Assembly (NCBI GenBank): GCA_004764695.1
Contig: SMSO01000025.1
Coordinates: forward strand, 5,310,862-5,374,861
Reading direction: 5' to 3'
Source: Schizochytrium sp. TIO01
Lineage: Eukaryota > Protista > Bigyra: Labyrinthulomycetes
Length of the DNA stretch: 64,000 nucleotides
Positions 50,295-59,217 of the stretch are shown here, in pieces. Each line of letters opens with the position of its first letter. Position 1 is the stretch's first letter. The notes beneath the pieces were generated by a model. It searched no databases. It was not told where the DNA came from and saw only the letters and a program-made list of their open reading frames with translations. The translations under genes and the position numbers were made by a program.

Positions 50295-51539
50295 ATGCAG
50301 ATCAAACAGGTTTGGCTTGTGCTCCTCGTTGCACTGGTGTGCATGTTTCAATTGAGTGATGCTGCTTACATCACTCTCAAGTACATCAGCAATGACACCA
50401 CCAACAAGGCCGCTGTGCAAAAGGCATTCAAAAAGGCTGCCGCTACCTGGAGCAAGATCATCAAGACCAGTCAGACCCCCATTACCTTCTCCTCTGCAAC
50501 CAGCATGAAATCCTACTGCAGCGTGGATTACACCTTTAGCGCAGGATCCAAGGTCAAGAACCTTGTGATCTTCGTCACCCTTACAAGCATTGACGGCGTT
50601 GGCAACGTTCTTGGAGAGGCTGGCCCTTGTGCTTACACCACCAAGAACGGATACACTTACCCTCGCCTCGGAACGATGACCCTCGACAGTGCCGATGTCG
50701 ACAGCATGGTCACCAAGGGTACGCTCCAGCAGGTTATCACTCACGAAATGGGACACGTCCTCGGCTTTGGTACTCTGTGGAGCAACAACGACCTCACTTC
50801 TGGATCCAGCTCCATTACTTACACTGGTGAATACGGCGTTGAGGGCTACATTGATGTTGGTGGATCTTCCAGTGCTAGCGCTGTTCCTGTCCAAAGCACT
50901 GGTAGCTCCGGTACCAAGGGAAGCCACTGGGATGAAACCACCTTTGCCAACGAGCTCATGACCGGCTGGCTCAGCAGCAGCTCATCTAACCCGCTCTCCA
51001 AGCTTACTGTCAACTCCATGCGCGACCTTGGATACACTGTCAAGCTCAGTGCCGCCCAAAGCTACAGCCTTGCCTCCTCTAAGTCTCTTGCCCTTGATAG
51101 TTTGACTGTGGGCACTGGTGAGAACACCACTGATGTTACCAACTCCTCCAACTCCACGAACTCCAACTCCACTGACACCCATGCCATGGATATTAGTTTC
51201 GAAGGAGACCACAAGATGGTCAACCGTAGCGTCCCTGTGCCTGTTTTCATTGATGAGAAGGGAACTATTGAGTACCGCACTATTGAGAAGCCCTCCAAGT
51301 GGGAGATTGCCGTCACCACCGTCGCTGCCTTCCTTGGCGCCGCTCTTCTGATCGTCACCGTTGTCCTTGTGCTCTACTGCCGCAAGGTCCGCCAGATCAA
51401 GAAGGGCCAGGAAGAAGAAGAGGACCGCACCCAAGATGTTGAGTCGGTTACCGCAACCAAGCCTGTAGAGGCCAAGTGCGTCACTGCAAACAACGAGGAA
51501 AACCCGGCCACCCCCGCCTCCATCATGGAGGCTGTCTAA
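50295..51539 (+). CDS. Leishmanolysin-like (M8-related) zinc metallopeptidase, type I membrane protein
   Basis: Signal peptide, IDGVGNVLGEAGP, zinc motif HEMGHVLGFG, third ligand GSHWDE, Met-turn NELMTG, PLSKLTVNSMRDLGY, an S/T/N-rich stalk with N-x-S/T sequons, TM helix IAVTTVAAFLGAALLIVTVVLVLYC, then a basic/acidic tail. Confidence 0.9.
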   Translation: MQIKQVWLVLLVALVCMFQLSDAAYITLKYISNDTTNKAAVQKAFKKAAATWSKIIKTSQTPITFSSATSMKSYCSVDYTFSAGSKVKNLVIFVTLTSIDGVGNVLGEAGPCAYTTKNGYTYPRLGTMTLDSADVDSMVTKGTLQQVITHEMGHVLGFGTLWSNNDLTSGSSSITYTGEYGVEGYIDVGGSSSASAVPVQSTGSSGTKGSHWDETTFANELMTGWLSSSSSNPLSKLTVNSMRDLGYTVKLSAAQSYSLASSKSLALDSLTVGTGENTTDVTNSSNSTNSNSTDTHAMDISFEGDHKMVNRSVPVPVFIDEKGTIEYRTIEKPSKWEIAVTTVAAFLGAALLIVTVVLVLYCRKVRQIKKGQEEEEDRTQDVESVTATKPVEAKCVTANNEENPATPASIMEAV

Positions 51540-54500
51540 ATTGAATCACCTGTCGCGCAGCATATTTCTCTCTGTAGCTGATTGAAACCCCTCGAACTTA
51601 CCCTGCCAGGCCACATGCTTCACATACACATATGCTTTTTTTTTTGCCATGCGAGGATTTCTGTTTTAGCAGCATATTCTGCTTTATCCTCCTAAGCTGA
51701 CCGAGTGCATCGGAAATACATTCACACCTGAACCTTTTGAATACCCTGCAGGCATGTTCTGTCCCTCAAATAATCAACATGACGAGCTCCACGCGATACA
51801 TGACCCCGCGTGCTTGCTCACCTACATTCTACATTCTCTTTGCGCATGATAATACATTGGCCCATACATAGTGTCAGCAATTTGATGATTGAACCTCACT
51901 CAGGTTAAATTTGACCTATTGAGGAAACAAAGATTTGTAACTGATTCAAGTATAACTTTTTCTTATGAATTTTCTTCCATACTCCTCTGTAATCCTTTTC
52001 GGTTGTTAAGTGATTCAGGTTTTGAAGAACACGATTCCATACAAAATCTCCAAGAATAGTTGACAATATGCTTCAACCATTGCCCTTGTTGTGTTATAAC
52101 CTCATTTCTTAGAGCATAGTGAAAATTAGATTAGAATGCTGGTATGACTAACATCCTCTTCCTGAATCGCCTCTCTCTCAAGGCAAGCTTTTATACATTC
52201 GCGAATCTCGAGGTTAAAACCTCTAAGGCGCACAAGATTGACTGAACAAAATTTCTGAGTAAAATGAAGTAGCTATGCGCGATAAGGCTTTTTCGTTGCT
52301 GTCATCTTTCAGATCCTTGTGGCAATTAAAAAGACAAATTCGATTCCTTGCACGAATTGGGTCAATCAACTACACGGAGTAGGCAGACTATCAAATTACT
52401 CTTACAGCAAAGCTCATTTTAAAAAATATATTTGGGCTACTAACAAAACAAACCAAGGCTATAATATACTAAATCATCAAAAGGCAGATTTACATTTCAT
52501 GAAGACCATTTAAAATAAGAGTATATCCAAAGGAGTAGCTGCGCAAACGACCTAGCTGAGCAATGATCTTCAGCAATTACTCAAACGCGTTTTTTGCTGC
52601 ATTATGTAACCTTACGAGAAAAAAACTAAGACGAGTATCCCGATGCAATTTATAAATCCCAATCTTTTTTTGTTAGCCTTTGATATTCAATCGTAAACAA
52701 CTCTTTTTTAAAGCGAGCTTAATAATTTTCTGGAGGCAATCCTTCTTGATTGAAATCACAATATGCTATATGTTCATTAGATATTAACAACTCAAATTGT
52801 ATTGGGTGCAATATTCTGAAGACTGAAGTAAGTAGATGAGTCATCATTATGGGTGAAAAGCATCTGTGCTGCCTGAAGATGTGTTGCATGAACATGTTCT
52901 CGCGCTGATGTTACCGCAATGGTGTTGTTCTCTAGCAGTACTAGCTGCATGAGGGATATTCTCCTTGAAGATCTTTCATATGTAATTAGACATCTCATTC
53001 TTGTAGACGATGTTGTGAATGTTATCTAGATGTTCCATAGAGTAACCATCCAGATGGCTCATAATTTCTAGGGTGTATATGAGAAGCCAGCAGCTCTCTT
53101 TTTAAAGAAACCATTAACAAGAAGTCGAAATTAATGACCCTGGGACCGGTAATCTTACAGGACCCCCGGGGGAGTAACAAGTCGAGAGGCTTCAAACTCG
53201 AAACATCTCCTCATTGTTCATGTTTGATCGCTAGTAATGAAATACACAATACCTATAACGTGGTGAGATCACCATTTGAGGCATCATGTGCTGTGCGTAC
53301 AGAGACATCCCGAGAGCTTCTAACGTACCAAAGTGAGCCTCGGGTGGCTAGCAATTGTACAGGAGTAGGACTAGACAATCATGCACTCTTCTCAGCGATT
53401 TGGCTGTAAGCTTTGGGAAAGAGGAGAAAGGAACTTTGAATTATAAGAAAGCACACATGGAACTAAAAGTCCCTGACAATTCTCTATCAAACCCAACATC
53501 AACGCACCGTATTTTCTTGCCGAGGCATTCGGGATAAAATGCACGTTCTATTTGATGATAATATTGCCCATGTGGTTGTCGAGTATAAGAGCTAGTTCTC
53601 ATGCTAACCGAAACTCAAACTATTGGGTGAAGATCTATGCAAACAATACCCAAAGGTTTTTGCATACCTGTACGTCGTGAATAACTTCAGCAGTCGTCAC
53701 ATATGAATTTATGCTCAGAACTTATGCTCAGATTGTTCTTGAGTAATTGCTTTCAAGGTAAGTAGGTATGTTTTAATAACCATAAACCCTGAGCTCAATG
53801 CCTTTGTTAATTCTTTAGGTTTCATTCAAGGCTCTTGACATTCGTCTATCCTAGACAAATCCAAACTTTCAACACAGTCGCATCGGTTTATTTTGAAATT
53901 GAAAAGAAGAAGACAAGAAAACATAGGAATCAACTTCAGCAACTCAAGGTGCTTACACCTTATGCGGTAAACGTTTCAAATATATAGCAGCTACTCTAGC
54001 AATTTTGGGATGCTAATCAATGATTAGCTATCTCAAATGTACGATCAGCGTTTCACCATGAAAAGCATTTGACCTTAGCCGAAAGTACAAGACGATTGGA
54101 CCTGAAAAGAGTAATTTCCAAAAGACAAAATGAAATTTGCAGCCGATATAATACTGCGTTAATACAGTCTTTCTATTCAAGGCTTCTACTAGCGTTCTTT
54201 TCACTTTAAGCTGGGTACAGGTGATAGTCCACGCAGAAAACTGGTAGATTGTTATCTATCATCAGTCAAGCATCGTATTTAGTGATTTTGAAACGATGCA
54301 ATCATATCCTTGTTTCAAAATCTCGGATGTAGCAAAACAAATCAACTTTTTGCCGTGTGTACCTTGCTTGATGTTAGGAAACGAGGGATTTTTTCGTCAA
54401 CTTCAAACCACATTATAATCATATTGGTTATAGACAGAATGTTTCGGGAACTTAACCTAGCAAGTGGTATCATTGATTGCAGTGTCTACTTCCTCAACTC

Positions 54501-55754
54501 AAGCTAGAGCAATATTACGAATTCGAACCTTCTCGGAATATTGACAGACTAGCGCTAAGTCCTACCGAAATTCCAATTATCGTTTTGATCCTTCGTTTTA
54601 AGCACCTCGAACCTCTGTAATCTCCTTAAAGATCAACTTTGATCGAATTTAAGTTTTTTTGGGTCCATCCAGAACAACTCTGAGTCGGTTCTTGCATCCC
54701 TTGTCTCCATGATTGCACAGGAATATGATCATTAGTCACAGCCTATGAATACCAGCCCCTTTTACTTGGGGACAAACTGCTCAGCTTTACATCAAATCAA
54801 AGTAGTCAGATGAGATCTTCTCCTAGAGTTCGTCCATCCCCGGTAGGCTATGGTATATTAGTTTAGTTTGTTTCTGGAGCCTTTGCCTCTGTGAAGAGTC
54901 ATCATGAAAGTAGCACTAATTTCAGTAACGTGCAGGTACCCCTCTCAAAGAATGCAGTTGAGGGTCGCACAACATTAGAGTTACATTTTTGTTCCGAAAA
55001 GCAAGATTAAGCAAGATTTTTGAGCTTTTAATCCCAGAACGTTTCTTCGCTTAACTTCGTGCTCCTTCGTTGTTCTTCAGAGTAGGCAATTGCATATTAT
55101 AAGAAATCTAGGTTGTATGATGTAATGCAGAATTATTCATCTTCATTTCATGGGACATTCCCAGTCGTAGCACTTTGAGGCTACGCTGACGAGCATGCAG
55201 ATTGGCCCAGAACGAGCAGCGAACGAGCAGCTATGCTACTACCTACCTATGGATCCGTAGTGAAGGGGGTATTCTGCAACTATATCAGGAGCTGCACATA
55301 CTCTTGCATGGATTTAACAAAAAGAGTTCTTGAATTTTAAAATAGTATAATTTTATGATACAGCCCCATTGCATCACTTGAGACGGTGCGGAAACAAGGA
55401 TTCTCATGACAAGAGGTTGCAGTTGGCTGAAACCAAGCTCGTGGCGCTATGATTTGACGACATCAGGCGTTTGCTGGTATGACAAGTTGTGGCAACTATG
55501 AGAAGAACGATTGTCTTTGCGACAAACGTTTGCTGGGGCAGCTAGGTTGCAGCAAACCTTCAATTCAACTCTTGTTTGTTGCAGGGAAGACCACGAGACC
55601 ACACTGGAACTCCTAAGACGCGTGGACAAAGCAACGAGTAGGGCTTGGTCTTGGACACAACAGAAGAGAAAAAAGTATAAAGAAAGCATATCTGCATACA
55701 GCTGGAAGACATTCTGCCATTAAGAGAGGGAAGAGTCTTGAATCAAGGTGAAGA

Positions 55755-56477
55755 ATGAAGAAAGCCATGTCTCCACTACTTCACTGGACGCCACGCGTAT
55801 TCCCCCCGCATGAGGTGCTCCAAGGTAAGATTTGTCGACTTGAACCGCTGAGCTTCAAAAAGCATTGCGATGGCTTGTACAAAGCGCTTGAAGGGCCTGG
55901 TTCTGATCCTGTTCTTTACGAATACCTTCTGAATGGTCCATTTGAAGAACGCAGCAAATTCGATGAATGGGTTACTCAAATGGATAGCTCGGTTGATCCG
56001 CAATTTTATGCTATTGTCGAAAACAAATCAGACCTTATCACAGGGCTGATCTCGTTTCTACGCATTGATAAAAATGATGGCTGCATTGAAATTGGTCATG
56101 TCGCTTTTGGCGCAACCATGCAACGCAAGCCGATTGGAACTGAGGTTATCTATCTCCTTGGCAAGCTTGCAATGGACGACCTAGGCTACCGTCGTCTCGA
56201 GTGGAAGTGCCACAATGAAAACGAACGCTCTAAACGTGCTGCGCAGCGATTTGGATTTACGTTTGAAGGCCTCTTCCGTCAGCACCGTGTATGCAGAGAT
56301 CGCAATCGTGACACAGCATGGTTTTCCATCATTGATAGCGAGTGGCCTGCATGCCGCGATGCCTTTGAGAATTGGCTTGACCCTGAAAATTTTGACGCGG
56401 AAGGGATGCAAGTTCAAACGTTGGAAGCTATTCGCGCATCTTTGAAAGCTCCAACTAGCGTTGAACTCGAAGGCTAA
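55755..56477 (+). CDS. RimJ/RimL-type GNAT N-acetyltransferase (bacterial-like; yeast YIR042C-like family)
   Basis: LQGKICRLEPL, IEIGHVAFG, LGYRRLEWKC, SKRAAQRFGFTFEGLFRQH, NRDTAWFSIIDSEWP and WLDPENFDAEGMQ. Confidence 0.93.
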   Translation: MKKAMSPLLHWTPRVFPPHEVLQGKICRLEPLSFKKHCDGLYKALEGPGSDPVLYEYLLNGPFEERSKFDEWVTQMDSSVDPQFYAIVENKSDLITGLISFLRIDKNDGCIEIGHVAFGATMQRKPIGTEVIYLLGKLAMDDLGYRRLEWKCHNENERSKRAAQRFGFTFEGLFRQHRVCRDRNRDTAWFSIIDSEWPACRDAFENWLDPENFDAEGMQVQTLEAIRASLKAPTSVELEG

Positions 56478-58236
56478 GGTATAAGTTCAAGAACTTGAAA
56501 ACCCTTGCCTAGTTGCACACTACCTAGCCTTCATTATACTTTTTAACAATTTACCTAGTTTGAAGCTGTCTATCTTGTGATAGTGTTGTTTTATTAAAGA
56601 ATACAAGTGGCCTACGTATAAAAGCTGATCTATAGAGCATTACTGTTACACGAGGGATCTTTACTCCTTTGATTGTCTTTGATCGTATTCAGTCAGTGCA
56701 GACTTTCTGAGGATTAACTATCTGATATAATATCAAATTACATTAAGCCTTAAGCCTTGAAAGAGCAGAGAGAATATTAAAGCAATGTGTTGGCACTCCC
56801 CCAATTTAGGCTTCCTTATAAGTACGGGATGGGATTTGTTCTAGTTCTCACTATGTAACTTAACTTGAGGCTGCATAACGCTGCTAGGTGAGCGAAAAGA
56901 TAATAGCAAACGCAAGGGGGTTATTACTTCCCATAATGCGGTGAAATGAAGCTATAGAGAAAAGGAAACATTGGCGATCCAATAAACGATGAGGATTAAT
57001 CTGGTCAATTATTCAATATTGCGAGTTGTTGAAGCATATCAAAGATAGCAAAGTGACGCTCTGTAACGTATCACATGTCCTAGCAGACGTTTTTACATAG
57101 TTCACTTCTTTCCGGCAAAATTACTAGTGTCTAAGCAGTGTAGTAAAGCAGGTTACGATACTAATGTGACCCCACCACGATGTTTGTCATGCAGGCTTGA
57201 CCTGTAAATCACACTCAGCACCAAAAGTATCTTCAAGTATTCCTGTCATTATTTTTTTTTAAGTATGGAGGACAAATAGCTTGTACTCTGATGTGAAATA
57301 TTATCCCACCTAATTTGTTAGAGTACTGCCAAAACACAAAACCACGCTGTAATGTCCCCAACCGAGATATCAAATAGCCTGGAACTTGAAGAAAGTTATA
57401 TGGAACCCTTTCGTGGCTTTTGAGACAAGGGTTTTGCTGTTTTTAATACTACTGATGGAAAACTGCTTTTGCAAAAGAGAAAAATGTTGGAATCTCAAAT
57501 TGGATTCAAGAGATAATTATTACTTTTAGTCTTTACAGAAAAAATAATAATCACAGATAGCTACCAGAAATGTAAGGCATTACTTTGAGGGAAGGGTAAA
57601 GCTTTCTTGTTTTCTTATTTTACTGATCCGGCTTCTTCATTCTATCGCGTATGAAAGTGTGTCGTACTACTTCTCTCTTTGACGACGTAAGTGACGCCCG
57701 TTCAAGGCAGTGAATACTTTCGTTTAACCTACAGTAAATAGAGAAGCTGGGGCAACAAACTGTATCGAAGGTAAGCATTTCATTCTTCATGTAAAATGTA
57801 ACACGTTTACGAGAAGTTCCATTGTAAATCTGAAGGCTGATTTTGTATTCATCGTCATTCACAGAAGAGCGTACAAGACTAACGTTTATTAGGTGTACTG
57901 TGAGTACTATGCAGCCCAACGAATTGTGGCAGGCCTAATGTAAAAGGATTGTCTTAGATTAGTGGTGAGCTAAGATTTGTGCAAGTATTATGCTTCTTTT
58001 GTACACAGTAGGGTGTCAAGATCACTGCTACAAATGGCCTGACGAAGTTCATGTCTAGGTCGAATATCTTAACTCAGGATATTGGATACTCTTCCCTCAA
58101 CTGCTGTGTATTTGATATTGCAGTATGCCCGAGATGAGCAAACCTGTAGTGCATGAGCATATCTCAGTTTATAAAACTGTTGATGCTCACAGAGGGATTT
58201 GTTCGAAAGTTCCAAGATCCAACCTTAAATAAAAAT

Positions 58237-58284
58237 TTGATTGACTAATTGACTGATTGATTGATTGATTAATCGATTAATTAA
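58237..58284. repeat. Degenerate (TTGA)n microsatellite
   Basis: ttgattgactaattgactgattgattgattgattaatcgattaattaa. Confidence 0.8.
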
Positions 58285-58487
58285 CCAAAGAGGGGAGGAC
58301 TACCTATTGGTTTACTTCAATCTTGTCTCTTCGCTGTAGCTATAACAAGACACAAAATGAGTCAGGTATGTTTCGGGGGTTACGTGTAACCTCTGTTCTG
58401 GTTTTATATTATATTGGAAGAAGGAGTGTTAGGCCTTACCCAGATATATGATATGTTTTACATTACAAAAAGTATTTATGGGCTGCC

Positions 58488-58789
58488 TAAGGAGCTTAGA
58501 TGTAGTACTTTTGAAAAGTACTACGTCTTAAATTGGAAAGTGTACTAAAAGGCTATTTCTGGACAAAGTCACGTGCCCATACGGAGTGGTAAGGAGCTTA
58601 GATGTAGTACTTTTGAAAAGTACTACGTCTTAAATTGGAAAGTGTACTAAAAGGCTATTTCTGGACAAAGTCACGTACCCATACGGAGTGGTAAGGAGCT
58701 TAGATGTAGTACTTTTGAAAAGTACTACGTCTTAAATTGGAAAGTGTACTAAAAGGCTATTTCTGGACAAAGTCACGTACCCATACGGA
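58488..58789. repeat. Tandem array of ~3 x 102-bp units, each with a 31-bp palindrome
   Basis: Units start at 58488, 58590 and 58692. The only difference seen is ACGTGCCC in copy 1 versus ACGTACCC in copies 2 and 3. Internal palindrome AGATGTAGTACTTTT-G-AAAAGTACTACGTCT. Confidence 0.97.
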
Positions 58790-59217
58790 AAGTAGTAGAT
58801 GAGTCTTAGTAAAGAATTGTATGTGGTTTACTATGGACTAAGTATTTTTGAGTAGAATTCCTGGTCAAAAGCACAGCAGAGACTTGTTGAAGACGGTGCT
58901 TGGCAATCTGGAGAGATTCATTAAGCCTTCAGACGTGTCTGAGGGGATCCACTGGGCCTGCAGCTACATTCGAATACCTCAAAAGTAATTCATCTAACTC
59001 GCAGCGCGCGAAATTGCTCTTTTGTTGGAGTTCTTGCTCAGAATAGGAACGATAAGGCGCGGAGCGCGCAATTTTGTGAATATTGAGGTTTTACAGGCCT
59101 TCCTGAGCACCCGGGCAGCCTGTAATGAAAACAGAGGCTGGTAAATAGACTCCCTCAATTTTTAGCCCCCAACTTTGAATAATTGACGGAGGTATAGCGG
59201 TTTCCATACCCGCGCAA

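Noticed and set aside
54519-54570. tRNA T-loop-like GGTTCGAAT on the minus strand
   Set aside because: No cloverleaf stems or A box could be built around it.
58488-58789. CRISPR array
   Set aside because: The segments between palindromes are identical rather than unique spacers, there are no cas genes, and the context is eukaryotic.
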